A stretch of DNA of 63,936 bases, counting the filler, from Dicyema japonicum (Eukaryota > Animalia > Dicyemida): the NCBI GenBank assembly GCA_011109175.1. It is 5 parts of 5 records of this genome, joined end to end, with 100 filler letters (N's around TTAATTAATTAA, not from the genome) between each part and the next. Parts side by side here need not be neighbours in the genome. Positions count along the whole stretch, not along the records: positions 31,874 to 47,120 come from RDEW01000159.1; positions 47,221 to 53,544 come from RDEW01000049.1; 3 more parts are not named here. The stretch is one strand, 5' to 3'. The position numbers and the translations under genes were made by a program. The stretch's first letter is position 1, and every line of letters begins with the position of its first letter. The notes under the pieces are model-generated. The model made no database searches. It was not told the DNA's origin and worked only from the letters and a program-made list of their open reading frames with translations. Shown one piece after another: positions 38,390-50,619 of this stretch.

Positions 38390-39855
38390 TGAATAAAACA
38401 ATGTTGGCTTTCAAACTTCGTAGAGGAGTCAGGTGCGCTTGCAGCGGAGCAGTGGGGCTTTCGACGCAAAAGATCTTGTGGAAATTGTTTCAGAGAGCTC
38501 GAGAAAGTCATCTCGCACAGTTTCGCAGACAAAATATGCACCATCGCTATCTGCCTTGACATCTCAAAGGCTTTTGACAGCATATGGCACCTGGGACTCT
38601 TGGAAAGTGTCGCCAAAATCAAACCCGGGTGTCGGACGGTCAGGTGGCTGGAGAGCTACCTATCCACGAGACGGTCGTACATAAGATGTGGGAGCCGAAT
38701 GTCGCAACCCGTGGATCTCAGAAGAGGAGTACCTCAAGGCTCGGTCTTGAGTCCTCTTCTATTCAATATCTACATCGCCAACATCCCAAAGCCAGTGGAT
38801 CCCAGTAGTCATCTTATGATCTACGCGGACGAAATTCTAATAACGGACGCTTCGTGGAGAAAAGACATCTCGTGAAGGAAATTGAAACGATACGTGTCAA
38901 GAGTGAGTGGTGCATATCAAAAGGACTGACACTCGCAAAAGAAAAGTGCACCGCCACTTGGATTGCGAAACAGAGAGCAAAACGAAAACCGCCGAGAAAC
39001 CTCCATGGGTTTACAGTAACTGAGAACCTAAAATACTTTGGGGTTGAAGTCGGAGCCAAGGGTTCTTACTTCAGATACATCGATTCGAGGAGGACGAAAT
39101 GCGCTCAAATCCTCAGGAGCATAATCCACTTTCACCTTAGTCCGGAAACGTTTTTATTTGTTTATAAAACGTGCGTCGAACCAGTGCTTACCTACGGGTT
39201 CGAGGGATGGTACCCCACTGCCGAAAGGAATGGCATTATCGCTAAGCTCGAAAAGACGAGACGATATGCCATCAAATTAGCAAATGGGCTCCAGTTGGAC
39301 CAACCCATCCCTCAGGAGATGGACGACGCGACGGAAAAGATTGGAAGTGTTCTTGAGAGAGCATTTGCCTCTCGATTCTGAAATTAACCATAAAAAAGAG
39401 GGAACAACGCAGAAGAGGCATACTTTGTCTCATTAATCTCTCTCTCTTTTTTCGGTTTTTCCTTGTAAATAAATAATCATTCATTCATTCACCTTAGTCT
39501 GGAAACGTTTTTATTCGTTTATAAAACGTGCGTCGAACCAGTGCTTATCTACGGGTTCGAGGGATGGTACCCCACTGCCGAAAGGAATGGCATTATCGCT
39601 AAGCTCGAAAAGACGAGACGATATGCCATCAAATTGGCAAATGGGCTCCAGCTAGACCAACCCATCCCTCAGGAGATGGACGACGCGACGGAAAAGATTG
39701 GAAGTGTTCTTGAGAGAGCATTTGCCTCTCGATTCTGAAATTAACCAAAAAAAAGAGGGAACAACGCAGAAGAGGCATGCTCAGTCTCATTAATTTTCTC
39801 TCTCTCTTTTTCGGTTTTTCCTTGTAAATAAATAATCATTCATTCATTCAACTAT
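38390..39855 (+). mobile_element. APE-type LINE RT and 3' end, with the last 357 nt present twice in tandem
   Basis: LDISKAFDSIWH..RRGVPQGSVLSPLLFNIY..IYADE..LKYFGV..VLTYGFEGW. (CATT)n tails at about 39475-39490 and 39835-39850. Confidence 0.88.
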
Positions 39856-40529
39856 AGATTACGAAAAATATAGTTCATTATTTATGTAGCTTACAATTGA
39901 CCCGAAGCATGGCAAATGAAATCCTTTGGAATTGCAAAGAGGTCTTGCAAGGTCCTTTGTTTTCGTGAAGATCAATGTCCCGATTTTAAAAAGAAGATTC
40001 GCAAACTTATCTATGTCATTACGGTTTCAAAAGGTAAGTGGAACAAGAAAGAAGGACTCCGGAAATAAGCATATATTTTCTGTATCTTCTGTTTAGAAGA
40101 GTCCTATCCCGGAGTCATTGGAGAAGTTCAGGAAATTAGGTGTGAAATTTAATTTTATATTCAAACCGAAAACGAGTTAACAATTGAGAGTAGTCCCCAG
40201 AGAAGGAAGAGTCTCAATCTCTCGGCATCCTGTTTTGTTGAATCAGTCGCTGTCTGAAATATCATGAAAAGATGCGAATTTTTTGCCAAAGCTCCCTGAG
40301 TCTCCACTAAAATCGACTGAAATGGTGATCTTTAGAAGTAAGAGTATTTTACTTAAAGAATATGCAAAAACAATTTTCTCAATTTTAATCGCTTTTCATA
40401 TTTTTGTGGATTTTCTTACTGATTGCTTGAGCAAATATGTTTATATGTTCAAGTCAAAACATGCTGAGTTTCATGGAGGTTTACAGTTTGGAGGTTTACA
40501 TTTTGATCTCAGAATGTGAAGAACCGATT

Positions 40530-40900
40530 ATTAGTTATTAGTACCCGAACTCCCTGACATGCAGAAGCCGGCGGCTATTAAGCGGCGCATAGCAACGGCG
40601 CCTCCAGAATCCCCGAAGCGTGCGTGTGGTAGCGACATTGCCGTGTCCAGGACAGGAGAACAAATGGGGTGGGATCGATGGAGTTACATACTGGCAGGCC
40701 TTCTTTTTGGTTTTTCGCATGTAATCGTGTCCAAGGCAGGTGATGTCCGCCACCTTCACGTGGAGATGTCTGGATGCTACTATTCACGTAGCAACAAAAG
40801 ACCCCCAATCTCTTCCCATCACGAGTTGGTCATCTACTCGCTTCGCGCTATTGAGCGGGCACAAAGCCTTCGCTCCACCGAAGAACGCGATCTAGATTTG
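40530..40900 (-). mobile_element. Probable LINE C-terminal fragment
   Basis: PHLFSCP motif in a GC-richer island; otherwise degenerate. Confidence 0.4.
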
Positions 40901-41779
40901 TATTTCCTGCTTTTCATTTAGTCTTTTAAGAACGACTTTAGAATTAACTCCAACAGCCTCTAGGTGGCTGTAAAACTCACTTTTTTAAGAATAGAAAGAT
41001 CATTTGATTCATAAAAGCACGACAGTTTGATTTTGAGAATGAATGTTCGGAAGTTTCACTAAAATCATTCTATTTTGCTATGCGATTTCTCTAAAACCTC
41101 CAAGTCACATGTGTGAAATATGAGATTCCAATTTGAATAGTATTTGAATAGACTAACTATTTTCATCGCTTACCATTTTTCGATTCTATTTCGATTTGTG
41201 CGATTGTGCTTCCGGCGTTTTCTTTATGGCTACATTGAATGTATGCATGTGTCCTCTCATTTATGCTCAATGCTTTCAAATACTCAAAAAGTTCTAAGTC
41301 ATCAGACCGTCCCAATTTAGTACAATCGGTACAACTTTCAACTTTGCACGTATATCAACTCCGGCTCTTTTGACGGAAGGTTGCTAAGTATAAATTGTTT
41401 CAATTATGTTTAATGACTGACATCTTTCAAGAAGTGAGATTTACAAGACCATTCATTAAGAACAATTGAACGACCATTAAACCCCATGGGTATCATTGCA
41501 ATTCTTTCGCCAAAAGATCACATTTTCTTAGCTTTTTAACTCCACTTGTTGTAAGTTTTCTGTGACGTTATCTCCATTTCAAAAAGAATATCAGATATGA
41601 ATTAAGAAAGAAAAAAATTAATATAATTCTGAAATATTTACAAAAAGCCTGTTCTTTCTTTCCAAAAAACTCGGTTCTTCATTACCCCTGCAGCACTCTC
41701 TTATTCCAAATCTATAACGGCATACAATTGGTGTTGACAGTCATGTTTGTCAATCCACCCATTTCTGTACTCGATCCGC

Positions 41780-43160
41780 TTACTTTATAGGGTCTTCCTT
41801 ATAACAGTGCTTTAAATATACGCCTTGATTGATTTATCTACCTTGAGCTATTCAGCAGTTCTAGGCAGAGGTCAAATAGCAATGGAAACATGCTGTCGCC
41901 TTCTAACATGCCCCTCTCTAGCTTAGCCCGCCTATATCACATTTGTTGTAGTGTAGATGAACATTCAAGTGGTCCATCACAGTTGAAACAAATTTAATAA
42001 TTCGATTGCGCGACACGTGCAATCACCTTTTATAAATAAGTTAGACACTTCATCGTCCCCAGTTTTCTTCCAGTGAGAGAGATAGTTACTGCTTGCGGAT
42101 GTCAGAAAACCACAAATCTGTCATCAAGGTGCATCGGATCCACAAAACATAAACAACATACCTGTGCGAGGGGTGCTTTCCTCATACTCTCCCATGTGTC
42201 AACCATTTCGGCCTTATGCTGAGTACTTTCCTTTATCTCTCCATACAGGCGCCAATAAAACAGTCTGCAATCAAACTCAAACATGTTGTTCTCTCGCCTG
42301 CGCTGACACGGAGATTCGTGAGTTGGAGCTTCTTCTGATAAACGAGAATCAGCTCCTCCCTCTCTGCTAGGACACGCCTCAACTCATTCAGTCCTCATAT
42401 GGCAGCTTTTGCTCTACGAAGTAAAGTACGCACCAAAGGTAGTCTTGCCCTTGCGACCTTTCTTGCGGCTATCTTTGCGGCAATTCTTCTCCTCCACCTA
42501 CTCTTTGGCCAAGCCTTCTGGTGATTTCATAATAGGTTGTCTGTGCCGAGTACAAATGGAGAGAAATCTCGTCCATTATCTCTGGAACCTTACGCACGAT
42601 CGCGTAAGAAATGGCACGACAGAACGTCAGTCCTGAGTTGCCACGAAGTATTTTTCGCGTCACTCTGCGGTCCGCAAGGAAGACAACACGATTTGCAAAG
42701 ATATGCCTACTAAATATCTCTTTAACTTGCAAGAGTAGCAATAGCTAACTTCTCTTGTGCTCGTGTTATTCCAACACGGAGTGCATCCTTACGGCGTAAG
42801 CGCAGCGCACGTTCTCCCCGCGAGCCAGGACCAGGAGTCCGCAAGGAAGACAACACGATTCGCAAAGCGACTCTATTTTCTTTAATACTTGGTTTTACAG
42901 TACACTGTGTCTTATTTTCCATCCCTCCAAGATATCAGCAACCATCTATTCAATCAAGTAGCCTGCTTCTGCACATTCGTAGGAGATTTTTCCACATTCC
43001 TTTCAACTCCAGCATCTTTAAAAAACCAACGACTTGGTTCATCCTGACAACTGGTTCTTTCATTTTGGGAAACACTTTTAGATCCATCAACACTATAGTG
43101 TATTTTTGTGCAATATTCTAGTCAAATGGTCCATTACAAGTACGAATAGTTTCGGTGACA
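41780..43160 (-). mobile_element. Degenerate R4/NeSL-like RT fragments
   Basis: RGMLEGDSMFPLLFDLCLE near 41.9 kb and LVMDHL..FKDAGVERNVEKSPTN near 43.0-43.1 kb. The intervening DNA is unassigned. Confidence 0.5.
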
Positions 43161-43453
43161 GTGCGTACCTTGCAATGTCCACTTCATTATTTGAATTGTT
43201 CAAAATCTTCAATTTTTTGAAGATAAAATACGGAGATTACTTGCAAAATGAGTTGAGGTTTTTAAAATTTTAATATACACAAAAAGGAATTTAATATAAT
43301 TAGGAAATATTATATTTCCAAAAATGTATGTTCTTTCTTTTTAACTTCCGAAACACTTTCTATTCAAAAATTTGTTCTAAAAACAGACTCGATATTCTAA
43401 ACCTAATTTTCTTTTTTAAATAAACAATAAAATCCAAACAATTTTTTTAAAAT

Positions 43454-44011
43454 TCACCAATCTAATCTGTTGTTTCGTATAGAATCGACTAATAAGTAAA
43501 GATCCCGCGCAGATCTTATTCGGGACCACGAGTCATAATTTTCAAAGTCAAAGTCCAGAATGATTCTGGCCATTTCCTTTAATGACCTCTTCTCGCTGCC
43601 AGATTTTTGCATCATTTCAATCAGTTCCGGACACAAATATGTGTCGAAACAGTTGAAATATATGATGTCAAATTCTAAACAAGCGAAAAATTGACCAAGG
43701 TCGTGACCAATTATGAGTGTGTCCTACAACTATAGACCAAACATATCATTACTTTCAGGATATCGAATATAATTGATCTCGCGCTACGAAATGAGATCGA
43801 GTTATCCAAATCATAGGGATGGACTCCTCCATATTGAGTCCGATAATTGGTGACTGATTGGTTCGGTGTGATAAAGCTTTCAAAGAGGATAGTTAAATCA
43901 TGATTGACAATAAGACAGTGCGCTAAAATGTATTTCAGGGAACAAAGAGATACCTAATGCAGATTTCTTTGGATATACCTCCACGAATTTCCAAGAGACA
44001 GAAACGTACAT
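43454..44011 (-). CDS. REXO4/ISG20L2-like DEDDh exonuclease homologue lacking catalytic residues (about 165 aa from this Met; may extend upstream)
   Basis: MYVSVSWKFVEVYPKKSAL|AHCLIVN..FITPNQSVTNYRTQYGGVHP..ILK|DTLIIGHDL..FDT..RSLKEMARIILD..SARDLY. GT-AG introns 43923-43953 (31 nt) and 43724-43752 (29 nt) keep frame with no stops. Confidence 0.8.
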
Positions 44012-44369
44012 CGATAAATTAGATAAATTGAATTTAACTTCCTTTTTAATACTATTTCTGTGCAGGTTAACCAATTAAAAAGGTATAATAGGTTAAAATA
44101 TAAATTTTAAAATAATAAATTAAATTATTAATTTTAAAATCCTAATACGTTTCGTATTCAATAGTTTTTGAGGAATTTACAACTCCGCGAGTTTGCTTCT
44201 TTTTCGACGGGCACGCAAAGATTGAACTGAGAAACGCATTCAATTCCTGAGAAGAGATTGTATCCTCGAAGCCTGCGCGAAAGAAATTCCACGTATCGTG
44301 CCGATCGTCTCGCTGGCCTACCGGCCAAATGCTGTGCAATCAGCTTACTAGAAGATTACGCTGAATGTA

Positions 44370-45170
44370 TGAAGACGTGCGTTTACCTTGGAGGCATCGG
44401 TCTGATTCCCACCTGACACAGCCTACGGAGCGTAGTTCTCCTTAGTGCATTTTTCCAGAGAAATGACTGACACTGTTCTCTCCCATTACAATGAGCAGAG
44501 AATATCATTTCGTATCGATGAAAGATTTTTTTATTTGGTAGAAACTGTGAATGCCTATTCCATCCGATGCAACCCGTCAATCGCAATGGATATCTCTAAT
44601 CTACGCCAAAGCGTACCAAGAATTGAATGAATGCATGTACCTACGCTAACTGGCATCCTTAAAAATGAATAGACAGCCCCCGAGCGGTGCTTGGCTAAAC
44701 TCTTACCCTTGTGAGAGACAACTGGTTGCTGCTGGATTCCACTCTCAGCTGGAACCTACAGTGATCTTTGAAGAGGACGCCAGAAGGCCTGATGGGATGA
44801 CGGCCTTTCCCTTTCAAAGGGTAAAGTGTCTGGTTCGGGACGTCACGTTCGTGAACTCCCTTTCTGCCCACAACATATTTGTATCAATCAAAGGCTCTGA
44901 AGCTCTTCCGAACGGGCCGAAGGAAGAAGCGCAAGAAATATGCTGATTTCGGGAATGGCAAAGCGTTTGTCCCCCTGGCAGTCGCAGACATAGAATGCGG
45001 ATATGGCATTCACGATTCATACAAAGATTTAGCACTGAAAGATGGAGTTTTATTTACCTGTTTTGGTTGGAATGAAGTCATCGAAAAAACTATCAAAAAT
45101 TGTTTCAGGCATGCAAGTGGATTCCATGTGAAGAGCAAATTAAATCTTCTAACTATACGAGAAATATGAG
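44370..45170 (+). mobile_element. CRE-like C-terminal fragment
   Basis: SGAWLNSYP..FHSQLEPT..RRPDGMTAFPF..LVRDVTFVN..RKKYAD..FVPLAV. Confidence 0.75.
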
Positions 45171-45389
45171 GAAACAATAGAGTAATTGAATATTTTGGAT
45201 CCATGGAACAATCAGATTTTCTTGATTACTCGTACACTGAAATAGACGAAGTGAAAGAATCCCTCGAAAACGATGATGACGTAAATGAGAAACAAACACG
45301 AGGCATTTTTGACGAGAAAACACCTTATTATTATTTGCACTGACGGAAAACTTAAGCTAGTTAAGTTTTCATGTGCTACGGTTAGTATC

Positions 45390-46885
45390 CTTTCGCACAT
45401 GCGTTTCCATGTCCCCCTGTTATTTGCTATTGTTCGTAGTGCATCAAGATCCTCTCCACTTTGCAATTTTTTGTTTATTCCTGCTAAGTCTTCGTTTAAT
45501 GCGGTAGGTAGAGTGGCCCTGGGCCTTCCACGGAATGCCCCTTCGGATTGGACAAAATAGCTTTCCATCGCGATATTCGGCGGAGTGAGACTGTCAAGTC
45601 AAAAAGGCGTGCCCAAAAAGACGCCATCTGGAATTCAGGATGTCCATGGACAGGGTCGGCAACCGGTGGCTCTTTGAGCTCAGGAAGTGGCTCTTTCGAA
45701 ATTATCTGAATATATTTAGAGACTGGCGTATAATTGGGTCTTTCGAAAATATCTGAATATATAGAAACTGGTGTATACTTTTTTCATTTAAAAACGGATC
45801 TCTTTTATCTATATTTAGGTGTTTTATGACGGATCTATGTGAAAAACTCAATCAATTAAATTAAATTACAAGGAACTGGAAATATCGCATTATTTATGTT
45901 GGAGGAAATTGTCTTATTTGAGAAAAAACTATGCTTGTTTGTAGATGATGCAGATAATGGGATTTTATCTCATTTCCCTAAATTACTTAAATATGCGATG
46001 GAGATTAAAACGATTGAGTTTTCCTATTAAAAGAAACTCTTTTATCGATAAGCAAATCATTTTAGAACAGGTCGGAATTAAATAAAAAATTACAGCAGAT
46101 TCCATGATTTTAGAAAAGAAAATCTACCTTATTTATTGTTCGTTACTTCTCCTCTGATTGCGAAAACAGAAGATCTAAATTTTGCACCATTTGAAATAAA
46201 AATTTCTGAATTTAAGATGCAATTACTGGAATTAAAGAGTAAGAATTATGGGCTCAAAGTTTATCCACCTAACCACCGAATTAGAAATTAGAAAAGAAAA
46301 AATATTCCTAATAATTGAAGTAAGAATTAAATAAAATAATCGTGCAGAAACACGAAATAGAAAGACAAGATTGTTAATATTGATGTATGGAATATGGTGG
46401 CTCTTTAATTATGCTTAATTGCTGTTTAAGTAAAAAGTGGCTCTTTGTCACAAAAAGGTTGCCGACCCTGCCATGTCGATCAGTTATACGTCAGGACTGG
46501 AACAACAAATGTGCTGTAAATCTGTAGTTTTGTCTTTATATTTAGCTTTCTTAGGCGCCAAATGTTTAGGAATTTATTATAAGCAGCGATTGATACTATC
46601 TTTCTATGGGTGATATCTTCAGAGTCACTTAGCAGTGATCCAACTTTTTATGCTTTCTCCAGGGTTCATCATAGTTGCGTTTAGCTCGAACAATTTTCGT
46701 GTATTCCGTTTTGTTATGATTGACTGTTAGGAAACATTTGGAAAATATGTTTGGTAATGTTTCAATAGTATGCTGAAGGGTTTCAGCGTCGTCAGAGACG
46801 AAGTCAACATCGTCGGCATATATTATCTCACTGTATTTGCTATTGTCCACAAGAGGTCTGAAATTTCTCAGTGCTGCCTCTAGAT
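45390..46885 (-). mobile_element. RTE-type LINE 3' half interrupted by a hAT MITE
   Basis: IIYADDVDFVSDD..FLTVNHNKTE upstream of the MITE and SRWRLFGH..FRGRPRATLP downstream. Same family as 30.0-30.7 kb. Confidence 0.8.
45651..46470. mobile_element. hAT-type MITE, 820 bp
   Basis: 14-bp perfect TIR CAGGGTCGGCAACC (45651-45664 and 46457-46470) with four subterminal GTGGCTCTTT motifs. A clean 8-bp TSD is not visible. Confidence 0.85.
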
Positions 46886-47220
46886 CAGGGGTGCGCAAGT
46901 GCGGCCGTGAGTCGATGAATGTGCGGCCGTGGGCACAATTAGGTCATCGAGCAACTAATCTTAAATATAATGCTCATAGTGTTAATTAATCAAGAAAACC
47001 CTAAATAATAATTAAAAATATTCATATTAAATAAAATTCTATTTTTATATAATGGTTAACCTTTATTAAAAGTAATTATCATAAACGGCTTAATTTATTT
47101 ATGTCAATTACCTGTTAAAANNNNNNNNNNNNNNNNNNNNNNNNNNNNNNNNNNNNNNNNNNNNTTAATTAATTAANNNNNNNNNNNNNNNNNNNNNNNN
47201 NNNNNNNNNNNNNNNNNNNN

Positions 47221-47378
47221 TGTCTGTTATTGGTTATGGAGTTTCGAAGGGTGAAAAGTATTGGCTCTTAAAAAATGGATATGGAAATTTATGGGGAATA
47301 AATGGATACATGAAACTGGCACGTGAGAAGAATAACTGCAAATTTCCTATGAAGGGAATTTATCCTATAATAGAATAA
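47221..47378 (+). CDS. Papain-family (cathepsin L-like) C-terminus after a gap
   Basis: VIGYGVSKGEKYWLLKNGYGNLWGINGYMKLAREKNNC..YPIIE*. Confidence 0.8.
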
Positions 47379-47936
47379 TTTTACCTTTAAAATAGTTAAC
47401 TTGGGTTTTTATTATCTTATGTCGCGTCCCCTCCGGGTTACCCATCAATTGCTGGTTACATTTCACCTGTCAGTCGGCATGTCACTTTTCATTCAATCAA
47501 TATTAATTGGTTTCTAATCAAATATCAAGGAATTTAAATAACACTAAATTATATTTAAATCAGCCTGATATGACTGGTTGTGTACTACTGCACATATTTC
47601 GCGTTCCACTCGCATCACCCATCCATTGCTAGTTACATTTACAGATTCCACAATTTGAGTCCGCAACTTTCTGGTGTGGCGAATACCATTCTTGTTGTAT
47701 AGTAGAAGATGAAGACTCCTTACTAACTCGTTATTCCTCCACTCATAGTCGTTTCTTAACTGACCTTAATAATCCAATTTGTAAGATTGTATATATAATA
47801 TATGTTAGGCCAGTTTATTTTACAAAATTAATGTTTATAACTTAGTTAGATATGTTTTTTAGCATAGACGATTTTTTATGAGCAATTTAGTGTTTGAAGT
47901 TCTCCAACATACTCTAGACTTAATTTAGCGTGCGTC

Positions 47937-50595
47937 ATGTAGTTCACCGTTTCTGGTGGCTTCGGATATAGTCCTAAACTATATCTAAAAAGAATTATTT
48001 GCTCTCTACCAACCAGAGGACTTCCCACTGGACGGCATTCTCTCACTGTTGGAACATTCTATCGATTGAGACTGTTGACCTCAGGAGACGTGGAACAAAA
48101 CCCAGGCCCAAAGAAGTTAACAATCCAAAGCTTTAACATAAACGGGATCAGAAGAAAAATTGCAGAGTGGACATCTGCCTTCTCCAGGAAACGAAACTTT
48201 CAAATAACATTCCTACTCCTCTCTTTAACGGATACAACACAGTAAGATCTGACTGCCCATCTGGTCAAGGAGGGGGTCTACTGACTATTGTGAGAAAAGG
48301 AATAAAATACCTCGAGAACCCTTCTCTTTACAAGAGCTTAATGGATGACTCAAACACGGAGATAATTGGAATCTCTGTTATAACTTCCATTGGAAAAATT
48401 GAAATTGCGAATGTTTATGTTCCTCCTCCTTGCTCCTGCAAGAAAAATTTCTCCTTTGACCTATCTACCTTGGACAAACTGGAGAACTTGCTTTTATGTG
48501 GAGACCTTAATGCGAAGCACCCTTCTTGGTTCCGCTACCAATCCGCTGATAACAGAGGAAACCTGCTATTATCCCAAATGCAAAACTTAATAATCATCAA
48601 CAACCCGATAAAGAACACTAGGACACCATACAACACGAAGGACATGGTGACATCTCCGGACTTATCCGTCTGCTCACCTCGTCTTTCCACGATCATTAAT
48701 TGGACGGTCCGTTATGACCTCCGGAGCGACCACCATTCAATGTTAATGAAGCTGAACTGCGAGCCACGCTTTATACCGAAGCCTATTCATTTCTATGATT
48801 ACAAAAATGCAAATTGGACTGGCTTTACAAATTTCGTTGATTCAAAACTGCAACATTTCCAATCTGAAAATTTCTCCTCCATGGACAAAGCTGTATACTA
48901 TTTCAACAAAATAATGATTGACGGAAGAAATATTTTTATCAGAAAAGCATATATAAAAAACGAAAAATTGAAATACGACTCAAAAACAAGGAAAATAATT
49001 ATGGAAAGAAACAACCTTAAGAAAATAATACATCGTTCACGAGAGGTTATTAATCGAATCAGATCACTAAACATTCTTATCACGAAAAGCACAAACAACA
49101 CCCAAAGGAAGAAACTCATGCGGGGAAGACGGGAAGACCGAAGAACGATCCCGGCTCTTACAGAACAGTTACCCTTATATGTGTTTTGTCGAGGATCCTG
49201 GAGAAACTGGTCCTAAAAGTTATTCGCCCTTTTCTCCCGCAACCTACATTCCAACATGGCTTAAAGGAAGGATTGTTAACAACCTCCTTCCTAACAACAT
49301 TGATGAAGTTCATAACTGAAGGACACAAGAACAAGCCAAAACAAGAAAAATCAATCATATGTAAGATCGACATTCAAAAATTTTTCGACTCTGTCCCAAG
49401 GAAGATCTTCAAACGAAAAATATTTCTGATAAAATTTGATGCACCTTAAAGTTATGGTTAGCAAATTTCGTAAGTGGACTCCGAAAGAAAGTGTCCGTAG
49501 GAAACAAGAGTTCCAGATAGGGATTATTACCCAATGGTGTACCTCAAGGATCTCCTCTGTCACAAATCCTTTTTAATTTATTTTTGAATGATCTCCCCGT
49601 ACCTATAAATAATAATGACATNGGATTATTACCCAATGGTGTACCCCAAGGATCTCCTCTGTCACCAATCCTTTTTAATTTGTTTTTGAGTGATCTCCCC
49701 GTACCTATAAATAATAATGACATGCTACTTTCTTATGCCGATGACATATTTGTCGCATCTAGAGACGTAAACGTCGAACATGCTAAAGAAAGACTACAAG
49801 GAATACTAAATAACATATTTGGATGGTTGTGCGAGAATCGATTAAATGCATGTTCCGAAAAGTCAGCAGTCACTCTGTTTACTAAGAATAGAAAGATGGG
49901 AACGCAAACAATTGATGTCACGTTAAATGGAGTACCTATACCACAAAAGAAAACGCAGAAGATACTGGGAGTAACTTTTGATACTTTCCTCTGCTTCTCA
50001 GCCCATGTGGAATCTATCATATCAACCTGTGCAAAGAAGATCAATTTTGTAAAGGCCTTCCTTTGGAACTGTGGAGGAATTTATCCGCCAGGTATCGGGA
50101 CCCTCTACAAGCAGTATGTCGAGCAAACAATAGGCTATGCATGTGCTGCATGGGGATCTAACCTGTCGGCAACGAACCTAACAAAAATTCAAGATATCCA
50201 GTCAAGAGCAAAAAAGTTACTAGAAAAATATACAGATAAAGAAATTGCCCCCAGAGCACTCGAGTTAGGCTATGCATGTGCTGCATGGGGATCTAACCTG
50301 TCGGCAACGAACCTAACAAAAATTCAAGATATCCAGTCAAGAGCAAAAAAGTTACTAGAAAAATATACAGATAAAGAAATTGCCCCCAGAGCACTCGAGT
50401 CTATCATAGAGGCAACTGGAGGCAATTTCAGAAGAGAAAAGGAAAAAGACCCCCGTCCCTATAGAAAATGCGTGGGATCACAGTCGGAGCATCGAGAAAA
50501 AATGGCCCGATTATTGAAAGATGCCGGGATCACCTGAATATTAGTTATTGGTTAAGACGGTGTTTCTTTGGCTTAAATAATAATAATAAATAATA
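47937..50595 (+). mobile_element. Near full-length Ingi/Vingi-like LINE: leader, canonical 2A, APE, RT, GIT-stop; frameshifted
   Basis: LLTSGDVEQNPGP (48072-48110), SFNINGI, DICLLQETK, CGDLNAKHPSW, TSPDLS, SDHH, DIQKFFDSV, GVPQGSPLSPILF, SYADD, KILGVTFD, DAGIT* at 50537, (TAA)n tail. No RNase H recognised. Confidence 0.92.
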
Positions 50596-50619
50596 GATCG
50601 TCAACAAATTTCGGTTTCT

